A stretch of 64,000 nt of DNA from Chlorokybus atmophyticus (lineage: Eukaryota; Plantae; Mesostigma and Chlorokybus algae): positions 601,354 through 665,353 of the forward strand of contig RHPI01003009.1 in the NCBI GenBank assembly GCA_009103225.1, written 5' to 3'. Positions 24,104-37,848 of the stretch are shown in pieces. The first letter of the stretch is position 1. Each line of letters begins with the position of its first letter. The notes under the pieces are model-generated. The model searched no databases and was not told where the DNA came from. It saw nothing but the letters and a program-made list of their open reading frames with translations. Both the position numbers and the translations under genes were made by a program.

Positions 24104-25697
24104 ATGCTGAGGGTTGTGGCTGCGAGGGTAGCTGCGGCTGTGCTGGGCGGCGGCAGCAGCAGCATTGTTCGCCCAGCAGCAGTCCTTGTGGCTGGGCGGC
24201 GCCAGCTGGCAGCGGACGCTGGCGGCGACAAGCCGCCTTCTCCTGCGTCCAACGAGCAGCAGAGCAGCGCAGGCGGCGAGGGTGAGGGCGCCGGCAAGGT
24301 GGAGGCGAGGCATGAGGACAATGCCGCTGCTGCTGCTGCTGCTCCGGTGGCGGACGAGCCCAGCACCAGCGGGTATGACGCTGCGGCGGTAGGCCCACCT
24401 GCCGACGATGGCGTGTCTGGTAAGTAGTGGTTTCATGTGTGGTGGAGGAAATCAAGCTGATGCTTTGTTGCTTAGTTTCCAATAGCACTACTAGATGCCT
24501 GCTGGTTTCTCCGCGCTGCAAACAGAATGAATGACAATATGTATATGCACACATGCGTATGCACATACAGTGGTTGACCTTGTCGTGTTGTTGGTCGTAC
24601 TGGCGTTTGCAAAGTGCAGGTCAGTGTATGCTTTACACGTAGCTCAAACACATGCTGCACAGTTGAGAGTGCAGTCCATCCTCTGATGGCGTAAGCATGT
24701 GCATTGCATGGGGTGCAGCAATCACTTCTCTTTGCTCTACAGGTTGGCAGGATTACCTGAAGATTGTTGAGATGAAGCGGCCGAAGAAGCCGTCAAAGCG
24801 GCAGCGTGGCAGCTACAAGGACGGTTTGGCGGATGAGCTGGAGGCCATCGAGGCGCTCGAGGGCGATATGGACAGGCACATCCGGGAGCTCTACGACGCA
24901 CGCAGCCTCGTGGTCTCGGAACACCACAACGAGGAGGACGTGCAGTGGCAGGCTTTCCTTGCCGACTGCCGAGCCCTTGCCAGACAAGGCAAGCCAATCT
25001 ATTGCTCATCAATCAGTCACAAACCATTCTGAATCTTCAAACATGATTTTATTGTGTACTCCGTTGGCCTACTGTCTGTCATCATTTGTGGTGATGTACA
25101 CTGCGGTCGTTGTACACCACCACACCTCCTGTAGGCTCATGCTAGCAGCTCATGCTAGCAAACCATTGTCGTGTGTCCTCGTAGGGCTTGTGGTTATTGT
25201 AGTGGTTGTGTAGCCTTCAGGGTTTTTGTGTGCATGTCAGTGTGTATGGATTTGAGGTCTTTTGCATTGCAGCTGAGGAATTGGACAATAAGTTCCCCAT
25301 GGATGCCGAGGACCCCGACAATCCCAAAGTGCTGCACTGGAAATCCTCTGTGACCATCCAAGCGGGCGGCGACAGTTATTATCCCGGCAACAAGAAGGTT
25401 GAGCTCACGGTCTACCTGAGAGATCTCAAACTCTCCCCCGAAGAGCGGACATGCTTGCAAGCCCTGGCGGGCGCGCGCTACAATCCCAACAATGATAAAC
25501 TGCGGCTTGTTGGCAACAGGTGAGAGTTATCAGGTGGCCATTTACTGTACATCATGACGCTTACGTTGTGCGACTGTAGGTATCATGAGAAGGAGCAAAA
25601 TCGCAGAGACGTGGTGAAGGTATTGAACGCGCTGGTGAAGGCGTCGAAGGATCCCGCGTTGCAACAAGAAGCGGCTGCGCTGCAGCTGGCAGCATAG
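24104..25697 (+). CDS. MRPS35: Mitochondrial small-subunit ribosomal protein mS35 (MRP-S28 domain), 4 exons
   Basis: Presequence MLRVVAARVAAAV; domain VLHWKSSV...YPGNKKVELTVYLRDLKLSPEE...LAGARYNPNNDKLRLVGNR|YHEKEQNRRDV; intron 2 has a GC donor. Confidence 0.82.
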
Positions 25698-26728
25698 TCG
25701 GGTGTTTCTTTGTGCCGCATATCAAACAGTGGCTGGCTTAAAACTAGTTCAGTTGTCGCACGCCGCATGCAAGGTTGGCCTGCAGTCTGATGGGCACTGT
25801 TTCAATCGTGTCTTGGCATGGACTTCATTGGATTCATTCAATAAGCTGTGTGCCACATGCGCACAGCTATGCGGACGCATTCGCGCACCAAACCAGGCCA
25901 GCAAGCAGGCAGCAATATATCACCTATAATCCATGTACATATGTACATGGGTGCGTGCAGCACGTCATGTTGCTCTACCTCACACGGTCACACACATGCA
26001 CATCATACACCACCAGCCCACATACCGCCCAGCATCACGTCTCGCCTGCCGCTGTGCTGGCCACATCGCCCACGCCGCCCCTCATGCCGTGGCCGGCTTG
26101 GCAGCACGGGTGAATACATATTTATATATGCTAAGGCTAGCTAGGGGCCTACTGCAACTAAGTGCAAGCAGCGGCAGCAGGGGTGGTGTTGACTGACTGG
26201 TGTCAATGATGACGACATCGCAGCAGCACGACAGGCAGGGATGACGCATGTGCACTGCCTGCATGGCAGCCGTGCGCCGCACTCCAACGCACGAAGGCAT
26301 AAGCGCCTGCATGCGCTGCACTCATGGAGTTTGTCCACAGCTATGGAGCGGTTGCTGCTCGACTGTACAGAGAAGGCATCGAGGACTTGTGGAGTCAGTG
26401 TAGCACGTGACATGACCGTGGCGAAGCCAACAAGGCAAACTGATTGCATGCATTTGCACATGCATTGAACGACGAATTGGACTTTACCAAAGTTCACCAG
26501 ACATGTTACTGTGGCTGTACCTCGCCCAACGGTCATTGGATCTTACTAATTGTTAAAGTACACCCCTTCACTACTTACTCGGTGACCCGCTACTCTATAA
26601 CACACTCTTCACAACCAGGTAACCCTGACTTACACCGCAGCCCCCAACACAATCACCAGCAACACCACCACCACCACCACCACCACTAATACCACCAAGA
26701 TCAACACTGCGATAGACAGGCAAGCCAG

Positions 26729-28560
26729 TCAGTAAGGCGGCCCTCCTGTTTCAAATTGAGTCTTCCCGCCGGGCACTTTGGCTTCCGGCGACACAGTCTC
26801 ACTGTCGCTTTTCCCTTCCCTTGAACCTCTTCCTTCTGCTCTGGCTTCTGCCTCGCTTCCTTCTTCTCGGCCCTGGCCTTCCCTGTGCATGTCCTCGCGC
26901 GTCCTCCAAATCTCCACCCCTAATGAAGTCACCACTCCCTGCATGACGTGCTTCGATGTTACATGCAAAGCATAAGCGTAGCTTGCGTGCCTGCGTGTGT
27001 GCGTGCAGAATGCAACAACAGTGACACACTATCATAATAGCGACCAACATCACATTGTGGACGAGTACAATTACTGCACCCGTAACACTTGCCTGTATGG
27101 CTACATGAGGCTTAGTGACCCGAACCCGAACCCCATCCGCCCGCGGGTGCTCATCCAACACCCTCTCTGCAATCATCTCAGCAACCTGCCAACAAGAACA
27201 ACCAGTTGAAGAGTTAAGCTACACATACCACGCACATGCATGCACGCAAGCTCACTTACATATGCTGACAAGCGCACGCACGCACCCACCCACCCACCCA
27301 CCCGCACATGCGCATACTCACCTTCTCCACTAGGTTGTAGTAAGGCGGTCCCTCCACAGTTTTGCGTATCAGGTTGAATACGGCGGCGTAGTCCACGGTG
27401 TCGCGTGTTGCGTCGGTGCGGCCTGCGTCACGCAGGTCCGCGTGCACGTCCGCGTCCACAACAAAACGCTGACCCAACGTGCGCTCTTCAGGCAGCACGC
27501 CGTGACGCGCGTAGAACACCAACCCTCGCAGCAGCACGCGGTCCCCACTGCCAAGGAAAGAAAGTGTGTGTGTGTGTGTGTGTGTGTGCGCACGCATGCG
27601 CGCGGAGCGTGTTGTTGTGCTTGCGCGCGTGTGTAGTCTGTGCATGCGTGCGTGTGATGCATGGGTTCCTATATGCCTGTGCGTGCGCGCACACAAACGT
27701 ATTTGCATGCACTTGCGTGCATACATGCGTGCGTGCGTGTAACCAACCTCATCTCCCTTACGAGCACATGCAGTCGAACATCAATTCTGTTGTGTTGGCA
27801 CTCAGGAAGCTGCTATATATACCCGGGGTGCTTTTCGCATGCAAATGCGCGTGCGTATATGCCTTGCAAAATCACTCTTACATGCAAAGGTTCGGTTTGC
27901 ATATTACCAAGTCAAATTGACTTCTCCACAACAACGTCCCAAGCAAGGCTGTGAGTGTGGCTTCCTGGCCTTAAAACTGCAAGACTCTACATGTGTACTC
28001 TACATGTGTACTACTACTTGTGTACGTCACGCTCTCTTGCTGCAAGGTTTTTTGCTACATGCATTGCTGCTGGACATGCGTGCATGTGCACATGCATGCA
28101 CGCACACGCAGCCATGCATAAACATGTAGCTTCCCACGGAACAACAATAAGTAGATAGAGTAGTTGGACGTCAAACTTTGCTAGCTAACACTACCATTGA
28201 TACTTTATGTAGCATTGACACATGTCACCATCATCAACGGTGACGTGCGTCACAGGATGACACGACAGAGCTCCTGTTTGAAACTTTTCCCTCAAGTTGT
28301 CGCTGTCTCAGAGTCATTCAATGTCAAGGAGAGTTATGCAAGCACCCTTCCCGCCCAGACACTCACCTGTAAGACTTGGCCGCCGTCGCTGCAGCCATCC
28401 TCGCCGGCTGCTGCCTTTGCTTCAGCGTTGGCAGCAGCACCCTGGGCGGCGGGGATGGGGCGAAGGTGGCCGCCGCCGCCGCCGCCGCCTGGCGTAGAGC
28501 CCTTGAGAGAGGGCTACCACTCGAGGTGCACCTCCACGCCGCCGCCGCCGCCGCCGCCAT
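26729..28560 (-). CDS. folB: Dihydroneopterin aldolase with organellar presequence, 4 exons
   Basis: GDRVLLRGLVFYARHGVLPEERTLGQRFVVD...DTVDYAAVF...NLVEK|VAEMIAERVL...VRVTKPHVAIQ|GVVTSLGVEIWR. Exons 28560-28367, 27547-27322, 27185-27093 and 26938-26729. Confidence 0.93.
27564..27590 (+). repeat. (GT)n microsatellite in folB intron 1 (a similar tract at 18096-18117)
   Basis: Seen directly in the sequence. Confidence 0.9.
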
Positions 28561-29860
28561 GGCCGGCGGGGTAAAGCTTGCAATGCACGCATGCACACAC
28601 GCAAGACAATGTGCCTGTAATGCAGAGTCTGTCTCTCCAAGCAGCGTCTTGGAGATTGGTCTCTGCATCCCTAGTGGAAGATGGATGCAGATAGTATGAA
28701 CCTCGTTAGCAACCCCTGTATCTACAGACGTATAGCCTAGCTGCGCTAGCTGTGCTAAGTTTTGTTGTTGTTGTTGTTGTTGCTGCTGTTGTGCAAGGTC
28801 TTGCTGCTATGCTGCCTGCTGGTTCATGATGCTTAGTGGCCTGTATTCTACCCTATGTATGAACCCCTGTACCAACTGCTGAGAGATGCACGTGCATGCG
28901 TCTCACTTAAAAGTCAACACTTAGATTGAAAACCAAAGACTTGGAGGCCCTGACCAGCGCTCTCTACAACACACTTGGACGCAGATGCTCAATAACTAGC
29001 CCTGTAACTACAATACGTACATAGTGAACACAGGAGGCAGTTACCGGGAGCGGTTGTGTAAAGTAAATGTGATGTGTATATGCTCATGTGTCAAAGTGTA
29101 CAACATATAGGATGCAGGAATTGTGGCATGCATGAGCGTGTCATACACATGCAAACAAACCGCACACTACACCATTACACTTACATTCACCACCCGGTTG
29201 GTTGCTACCTACCTACCTACCTTCACTATTGCCCCCAACCCCGTGACCCACACATGCAAGCCTGCAATCGGATTTACCTGTGTCAAGCACAGTGAGCACG
29301 CATTCTGCTACTTGGCTGACTGCAGCAGCGCTTTCTGCTCTGGGTCTTGCATGCTCGGTGTGAAACCACACAACTACATTGCAAGGTGCACAAGCGCATT
29401 GTATATGACATTGCGAATGTGGACGACAATGACAACTGCAACTATGAATCAAAGATGGGTTCTGTGATCCAGATCGGTGCAAGACACCACCACATTGACA
29501 GGTTCCTGCAGTACTCCTCCTTGCGTGCACTATGCTCATTGCTGCACGTAACAAGTGGCAACTCATCCGCAAGCACTTCAACAGAAAGACAAAACGAATA
29601 GTTGAGCCTAAGCGAGCAATTCACCTTGAGATTTCAATGATGTTCAACCGGCATCAAGGCACTGACATAACACCTGCTCAAGTGCTAAAGACAACCAACT
29701 GTTGTCATGTGCACGCCAAAAGATGTCACGCACTTGACAAAGCCAAGCCTTGCTTGCACTACACCACCCAGCACAAGCACCTTTGGAGGGGCAATTATTT
29801 ACAAGCCACCACTTGAATCCACTCTAACCCCAAGAAGACACACAGCTAGCAGGCACTAAA

Positions 29861-32800
29861 CTAAGCATCATCGCTGAACATCTGCACATGAAAACAATAA
29901 GCACATCAGTGCAGCATCATACCATAAGGCACTCATTATAATTGATGGCATGGCAATCAATCACATGTCAGCACCAAGACCAGACCTGTGACCTGCTCAC
30001 CTGCATAATGTTGCCAAGCATGCCAGAAAGCCCCTCTCCCGATTGCACGTCAAATTGCACTCGCAAGATCTCTGCCATCAGCTGCGGAAAAACAACAAAT
30101 GATTATGGATACCACACAATCGCACGTCAGCTGCTACGCGTATAAATGGAGCCAGCACGCTCAATGAACAAAGGAAACAAGGGGTTTGAACCTGGCCAAG
30201 CATCGGGTCACGCTTCAAGCTCGGTTGATAGTGCCGCTGCAGCGCCCTTGTAAGCGAAAGCGAGTCTCGTTCTACACTGTACAGAAATAACGCACATGCA
30301 TGAGACCATTATACACAGATAGAGGCGCACGCACACACACACGCACGCGCATGCACGTACATGCAGACAGAGGCACGCAAACACACGCACACACACACAT
30401 ACACACACGCACGCACACACGCACACACATACACACACGCGCGCCCGCACAGACAAACCACGCCACACCACAAAATGTAACACCCAACTCTGCCATCAGT
30501 CACAACGCGCCACTACTACTCACGCTATGAGGAGGTATTGCACAAAGTGTATGAGCGGCGTGTCGAGAAGGGACGGCATCGAGCTGCGGGCTTCGTAGTG
30601 GTCGAGCAAACGCCGCGCGGAGTCCACTCGCCCGGCGGCCAGCATTTGCAGCACGCCGCGCGCGATGAACAAGTCTGTCTCGCACGGGTCGCCCTGAGAT
30701 GACAACACAAAAGAACAACATCATTAACACAATGTGCGGTAATGACGTAAGAGAGTTACAAACCAACCGACATGCAAAGTTGGGTATATGAAACGCAGGC
30801 TTCATTGCCATGCAGTCAAGTGCGACTGCTGTTACATGTTGGGCTGCGGTGAGAAGCACGTCGCCGAAAGCTTCCGCTTCGTCGCTTCGCGCATAGTGCC
30901 GAGACACCTGAAACAGGTCCTACAGAGACGCGGAACAAACAGTCAGCAATTGCACAGGCATGCATGCTGTTGGGAATGTGCAACATGCTCGATGCATTGT
31001 GCGACGTACCACTTGAGGCGATTGTGTTTGCAGGTATTCGGCCAGCATTGCATGAAACTCTGGCAATCCGCCCGCTACCCCAGCAGACACAGTCCACCTG
31101 TTTTCAAAAATACATTATGCACATGCAGTCTATGACACACACAGCACACACATGTGCAACGGGTTGAAGTGCAAGTTACATGTTTCTTCAAAGCTTGCCG
31201 CACGCGCATGTGCACATGCCCATGCTATGTACATGACAAACACACGTGTGTATTGTGTGCGCACGCGCGCGCGCACACGCACACGCACACATGACAGCCT
31301 GCTCCTGACTGCACCAAGTGCAAACGAGTGTCGCCAAACACACACGTCCACGCAGGCCTTACTGTATGGCAGCTCTCATGAAGCGCGAGCACCCTGTCGT
31401 GAGCAGTTCGGGCGTGGGCGCGTCCAGATACCTGCTGGACGCCTGCACCGTGGAGGCGGCGGTGCCTGCGCCGGACTCGCGACGCGGGAACGCCTCGAAG
31501 ATGGTCTGGATGCGCCCTGGAGAGAAACCAAGCACGAGTGAGTTTGAGACTTCATCATTGTGCGTATGTGTGTAAGCGCGCTTGTGCATGCGTGCGTGCG
31601 TGTGCAAGTGTGTGTTCGAGCGTGAATGCACGAACGTACACGCGTGTGTGCGTGTGTTCAAGTCACCTATGGTTTCATCGTCTACAGAAGCGTTCGCCTT
31701 TGTGTATGCCTCCACTAAGAGTACACCCAACTCCACGCCCTCGTTGACCTGCACAGTAGCACCACGATACCAATGAGCAGCATGATCATGCGCATTGATA
31801 ACTTGCCAAGGCAGCAGGGCAGCAAAAGCCTCTAAGCAACCGTCAGCCACACGCATGTACGCACAGACGCATAAACAAAACCTGCGCTTGCCTGTTTGTG
31901 TCGCAGCTGTATGCGCGCGCCCTCCTGCAGCAGAGTGTACACGTCGTCCCACTTGCCTTGCGCTTGGTACCTGCAGGAGTGCGCGTTTGCGTGCGCGTGC
32001 ATGTGTGTGCGTGGGTGACACCATGCAGAATGAGCAGTTGCGCACAATGACATTACGCGTGTGTGTGTCACAAGCCCACCTTGCGTAGACTGTCTTGTAC
32101 ATTTGCTGCGCTTCGTAGTAGTTGCCTTCAGCCATGCTGCGCTCCAGCTTGCGCAGTACCTGCACGGATGCGGGCACAACATCATTACACTCGGACAGTG
32201 TGGAAACAACCTCTAATTGAAGCTCGCAACAGCCTTTTTCAAGACCTAACACAAAACAGCACTAGAAAAAATATCACCACAAAGGAAAAATAACTTGCAA
32301 TTGTCTGCTGCATGGTTTGAAACACACACTTTCTGGCTCACACTGCGCCTTGAGAGACAACCACAATCTCCCAAGGCACAAGCAGAGCATTTACACAAAG
32401 ACAGAAAGCGGAGAACACAGTAAAACCAGTGCTCGGCATGAAGCAAAACACACAGTATGAAAAGAGAAGCTGCGAGTAAGTAAGCAGCTTACAGGAAAGC
32501 AGCAGCGCACGTAAGATATTTGTAACATTATGCAACAAGCAATGCATGAGTTCGATGCTTGGTGTAATAAATGAGCGAATACATGGGTGAATAAGTAAAT
32601 GTTCTGAATTCAATACAGGTGAGTCAATGAGCAAACAAACGACAAATGAAGTGTATTAACTGAATGAACAAGCAATTTAATGCAAAACACAAATAGTTCC
32701 AAGCAGCAGCTCACAATATGCTGCCAACAAACAAGCACACGCGCAAACAGAAATAAACATCATCAGCCCCTACCTTGTCAACGCCAGCAGAGCGTCCAAC

Positions 32801-32863
32801 GCCGCCCGCGCCTCGCCCGGCGGCGGCGGCGGCGTTCAGCTCCTCGTCCCCGCTGCCACCCAT
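29861..32863 (-). CDS. GET4: Golgi-to-ER traffic protein 4
   Basis: LERSMAEGNYYEAQQMYKTVYAR; GVELGVLLVEAY; FMRAAIQW; PEFHAMLAEYL; GDPCETDLFIARGVLQML; TPLIHFVQYLL; YQPSLKRDP; LGNIMQ|MFSDDA*. Confidence 0.92.
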
Positions 32864-33026
32864 GCCGGCAACCCTTCACGACAATACGACAACGACAACG
32901 ACAACCACAACCACCCTCACGCCACCGCCGCCGCCTACACAGAGCTCTAGAACAACTGCAGGCTTGTTGAGCCAGAAAAAATGTAACCCCGGAGACGAGA
33001 GGCGTCTGTCGGCGTTGTGGTGGCGC

Positions 33027-34368
33027 ATGTCGGCGGCGGGGGAGGCGAGGGCGGTGGGGCTGAGCTTGTACAGGCGGGTACTGAGGGCGCACAGGACCAA
33101 GCTGCCGCCGCCTATGCGAAGGTACGCGTTGCGGGGCGGCAGGGCACGCAGCTGGAAACACCCGTTAGTCCAGCTTGCTTGCATGGCTGATTGGCTTGCA
33201 AGGCACTTTGCTGCTGCTTGCTTGCAGAAAGGCTTCTGCACTGCTGCTGGCATGGTACACACGCAAGTCATAGTGATCATTAGCAGCGTTATTCACTACA
33301 CATCTCGAAGCTGCTTACCGCTTGCTTGTTGGAACAGTCAGCTGCATGTCTCTCTTGCAGCAAGTCCATCCTGCTTTGCTTGACTTGTAGAAAGGCTTAA
33401 TGAGCACTAAGCTGGTTTGGAAGGCACTTTACCGCTGCAGCATGCTTGGTGCTTGCATGGACACAGCACGATGGGGTCTGCTGCTTGCTATGCAATCGAC
33501 CTGTGATCACACAAGCAGCAATCTGTTGAGCTCAGGGTGTCCTTTTTGTGTGCGTTTCAATGTTTTGTAGTTGACAGTGGGATTCGGAGCGTACTGTGGC
33601 GTTGGCTTGCATGCGAAACGCTTCAATATCTTTTAGAAGGAAGAACTTGTCCGTTTGTGGTGTGTGCCTAAACAACAGTGCTGCCTTGTCACACAAACGT
33701 CGCAGTTAGTGCAGTGAACACATGCAGATATTTCTACTTGGCAGTTTGGGAGATGCTTACGTGAAGGAAGAGTTTCGCGCAGCTCGCAATCGTGCCACGC
33801 CGCAGCAGCTGGCCGTGTTCGCGCGCGAGTGGGAAAGGTGAGATGAATGAATTATGTGTGTGAGGAGTAGGTGTCTGGACAGGTTGAAGCATGCAAATTG
33901 ACAGCATGCTGTTGGTAATATGGGAGCCGCAGGTACTGTGATGCTGTTGAAGGCAAGGTGGAGTTTGATTCAGGCATCCCGAGCGGCGAAGAGCTGTGGC
34001 AGGTGTGTGGGCGTGCCCGTGCGCGTGCATGTGTGTCTGTGTAACTGCGTGCGTGCATGCGTGTGCGCGCGTGCACGCGTGTGCGCATGCACGCACGCAG
34101 TTTGTGCATTTGTGCACGCGCATGTGTTGCGTTCTTGCGATGTGTTGTTCAGGTCCATACTTTCAGATTGACTGTAAAAGTTTTATCGCGGCTCATTTGC
34201 CGCGTTTCGTTCTCATGCACTCACTGGTGGTAAGCAATTGTAGTCCAATTCATCAATGCGCTTATACGTGCATGTTTGCAGTCGTTGTCAGATGAGCAAA
34301 AGGACGCTTTGACAAGGCTGCATCAAGAGATAAGGCAACTGGGTGACAGTGAACCGCAACAGAGTTGA
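33027..34368 (+). CDS. SDHAF3: LYR-motif succinate dehydrogenase assembly factor 3 (ACN9-like), 4 exons
   Basis: LSLYRRVLRAHRTKLPPPMR|..GDAYVKEEFRAAR...FAREWER|YCD...|SLSDEQKDALTRL*. Confidence 0.85.
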
Positions 34369-35921
34369 GTACAAATTGTTAGTTTGACATGTGCAGCGGA
34401 TGCAACGTGCGTCAATGGCTCGCAATAGGTTGCGTTTAGGGCAATTGGCTATGCTATACAGTAGGTCGCACTCATGTTGCTACCAATCATGTTGCAGTTG
34501 ACTACATATTGCGCGACGCTACATTGTGATAGGCTTAGTTTAAGCTTCTGAACCCGGAACCAGATCGTGGCTTGGGAGGCCATGAGCAAAGCAAATCGCT
34601 TGAATGTTGTTTGTTTTCGACGCTTTCATTGGGGCTGTTTTGAATATCGTACATAGTGATTGCCAAATCACGCAATTGCTTATTATGTTGACATGATATA
34701 CTGGCCAAACTATACATTGTGCAAGTCATTCATGCAAACAATTTTATCAGGACATGAGTATGTCTCTGTTTTGCAAAGGCGTAGTTTATTGATAATTGGT
34801 GTTGATTGTATCACTGCTTACAAGGGACGTGCTTAATCAAGACAGATATGATGTCGATATCAAGGAGTATGTAGGCTTATCTGTAGCCCAGATGTAAAGC
34901 AAGTACAAAGCAACAGCAGACGGCAAGCAAGAAAGGCCACAAGCACAGCAAGGACTTCATACGCATATGCAAGGCCTGATAAGATCGACTTTGCGCCGCA
35001 GCCATGCTCCTTCGACTGGCTATATTTTCATTATTGGTGTCAACCATAACGAGACATCCGGCACGCTGTGAATTCAGTTTGGCAAACCAGTCTACCTTTG
35101 CTTTGCTCCCCGACACATTGCAGCAGCAACCCATTCTTTTCATCATTGTTTTCAGTCTTAGTGCACATACAATTGGTTACTTCAATGCATTGCAGGTACT
35201 GAGTGACAACAAAAACCACGTTGGTAATCACAATCACTCAATGCAACACAGAACCAACTTCAGCCCACACCCATGTCACACTCCAAACTGCTTATTATTG
35301 ACGCGCGGACGAACAGCGGATCTTGCTGTCCAGGTCTGCAACTAAAGGAGGTAGCTGTGCACAAACTTGGCCAACTGCAAGTGTGCAGGCACTCAATCTA
35401 ACTACAACGGATTTCCCGACACAACTGCAACGGCGGCAACTCCTGTCATTTGTCACAGCACAGGAGGCGAAAGACCAAGAATGCAGCACAACACGGGGTT
35501 GTTCTGGTCTCCAAAAGCCACTGTTCTTTCTCTCGTGCAGAGGTACAAGCAACACCGTGTACGGCACCTCTGTAGAATTGCTAGAGTGAATGCCAAACAG
35601 TTCTAACCAAAGATGGGTGAAACAGGTTCCACGCCATGTCCGCATGCCATTGACAACAGATGGCACAGGTCTTGGCAATTGTAGGTTACGTCATTTCACG
35701 CTGCCAAGTAGAACATAAGCGGGGATGAGGAACTGAGCTTCGGCCAAGGCCTGCATACGACGCTGGAAGTAGAGCTGGACCTGGATCTGGACCAATCAGT
35801 TGCAGGCTGCTCTCTGCCCAGGAGAGGGTATCAAAGCAAGGGAGAATGGGCGCTAGTGCTGACGCTTCACAAGGAATTACAGTTCAGACAGGGCAGCACA
35901 TCGCGGCAAACTCCAGAGACT

Positions 35922-37160
35922 TTACAACTGCTGCTGAAAAGGTGAGGGGTTGGAGCGCATGCGGAGGTCGCGTGCTTCAGGAATGTACATTTGTGAAGGA
36001 GACCAAGGAACCGGGGCAGTTGGGGCGGATTCGGAAGGCTTGGGACCCTTGCCTGATGACATTGCACTCAATGGGGTGTCGCCAGCTACTGCAGGCGTTG
36101 AGGCAGGAGTGGTAGCCATAGCCGAGGAGCCAGCTCCAACAAGCAACGAGTTGGGTGTATCGCTGCCATGATGTACTAACATGGCTTGTGGTGATGGAGA
36201 GGATGAGCTGGTCCTCATGCCCGTTGACCCAGGGGACACGCGTCTTGAGTACTGGCTGTACTGACTGAAACTCGTGCCTGGAGTGGACAAGCTGGCAGGC
36301 GAGCTTCCATTGAACCCAAAACCAGGAATGGGGGCCGTGACAGGGTCCCAACCTCGAGCGCGATCCCATTCTGCAATGCTGGACGTCGGTGCTTCTGGAT
36401 GGGGCCACACAATGGCCGTCTCCAGCCAAACGTTGACCCGCCGCACTGAATCTTGAACTTCAGGTGAAGATGCAAACAGTGGGGCACGCATTCGGTGCTC
36501 TGAGAAAAAGCCTTCCAAGTGCGAGCCCATCGTTCGCAGAAGGTAACTGTATCCTGCATGCACAGCACAAGGTGAGCTTCCAGTGCAGCGAGCTTGATAG
36601 CAAAAGCTCTGCACAACCCCATATGGGCGCTCGCCCGTCAAGCAAGTGATGCACAAACCATCGTCACTGCCCGGGGAGCGCATGTCATCATCCTCCTGGA
36701 TGCATTTCTCAACAGCCTCGTACTGTGACGACTGTACACCTGGACCAACAGGCTTCAAGGCACCAGTTGGTTCATCATTTATTGCCGCGCGTGCCGGAAC
36801 TCCAGCACGCTCATATGTGGAATGTTCGTCCACAATCGCCACCATTTTGCCAAAACGCTGCTCTGGCACATATGCATGGAAGGGCTCATTGGGTTCAAAG
36901 GGCGAGTGTCTGCTGCTCCCGGGTGGCAGGGCAGTTGTGTGCGAGCCCAATTCTTCCTTGACGGGAGGGAGCATGGAAGTGCTTGACGAACTGTACCGAA
37001 ATTTCAGCTGCTCCACCCGCTGTAGTACGCGCTCGAATGAGCGGTATCTTTCAGTGACTTCTTGCATCTTGCTGTTGATGGCCTCACATCTCTGGCGCGC
37101 CTGAGCTAAACTGGCGTGGCTATCTATGTCCATCACGCGGCCTCGCTCTACCATCGCCAT
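35922..37160 (-). CDS. Hypothetical protein, 412 aa, uninterrupted ORF (N-terminal coiled coil, Cys/His cluster, Ser/Pro-rich tail)
   Basis: Longest single-exon ORF in the gene region; GC-rich putative first exon with telo-boxes at ~37860-38130. No family recognised. Confidence 0.6.
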   Translation of the reverse strand: MAMVERGRVMDIDSHASLAQARQRCEAINSKMQEVTERYRSFERVLQRVEQLKFRYSSSSTSMLPPVKEELGSHTTALPPGSSRHSPFEPNEPFHAYVPEQRFGKMVAIVDEHSTYERAGVPARAAINDEPTGALKPVGPGVQSSQYEAVEKCIQEDDDMRSPGSDDGLCITCLTGERPYGVVQSFCYQARCTGSSPCAVHAGYSYLLRTMGSHLEGFFSEHRMRAPLFASSPEVQDSVRRVNVWLETAIVWPHPEAPTSSIAEWDRARGWDPVTAPIPGFGFNGSSPASLSTPGTSFSQYSQYSRRVSPGSTGMRTSSSSPSPQAMLVHHGSDTPNSLLVGAGSSAMATTPASTPAVAGDTPLSAMSSGKGPKPSESAPTAPVPWSPSQMYIPEARDLRMRSNPSPFQQQL

Positions 37161-37840
37161 GCTTGGCGCTGTGCAGGCTATTCACGGCAATGTTCCTACA
37201 GTGCTGACGAAGACAATCACCCCTGTCCTGCGGTGCCTGCCACAATGAGGATAGCTGAAGCCCAGCGATTCCGACGGCAAACACGTATGCAATGTGCCAG
37301 CGCAAATGCAGCTTACTTGAAGCGCTCGCAGGCAGATCTGGCACCCAACGTAGTAAGAATGCTTGAAGGCCGCACTGCACAACAGGAAAAAATGAGCCTT
37401 GGATTGCAGAGGCACAATGTTGGCTGGCAATGTTTCAGACCAATACTTTGCCAGTTCCTTTGGCACAACAGCCCGCACTCATAGCCAGGTCGACAACAAA
37501 CGGTGTCAATGCATGTGGACCATGATGCCCAGCCACAAAATACGAAGAACTGCAGGAGTGCTAGGTAAGTAAGCGCCAAGAGCAGCAGGTAAGTGCAGCG
37601 CGAGTGTGCCCAAGATATGAGCCCTGAAACCCGACAATAGGCCTAAAGCGACTGGGCTGTTGACAGTGACAGCGGTATGCACCACAACAATGTCGGCAGG
37701 AGCACTGGTCGCTGATGGCCATGAGCGACCAGTACTTTTGCAAAACACCGCATTTCACAACCTACCTTTGTCAACCAACAAGGCCCCTACACCACCCAAC
37801 TGCCAGCACGCGTGTTACACCTGCACGTCCCCTTACATCA

Positions 37841-37848
37841 AAACCCTA
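37841..37848 (+). promoter_or_regulatory. Telo-box AAACCCTA
   Basis: Just inside the putative first leader intron of the orphan gene; a second copy, TTAGGGTTT, lies at 38047-38055. Confidence 0.35.

Noticed and set aside
26193-26260. HAD-hydrolase-like peptide LTGVNDDDIAAARQAGM between mS35 and folB
   Set aside because: Isolated short match with no other HAD motifs or convincing exon chain; lies between convergent 3' ends.
29347-29816. Short protein-like ORFs between folB and GET4
   Set aside because: No recognisable motif or splice support; probably the GET4 3'UTR or intergenic sequence.
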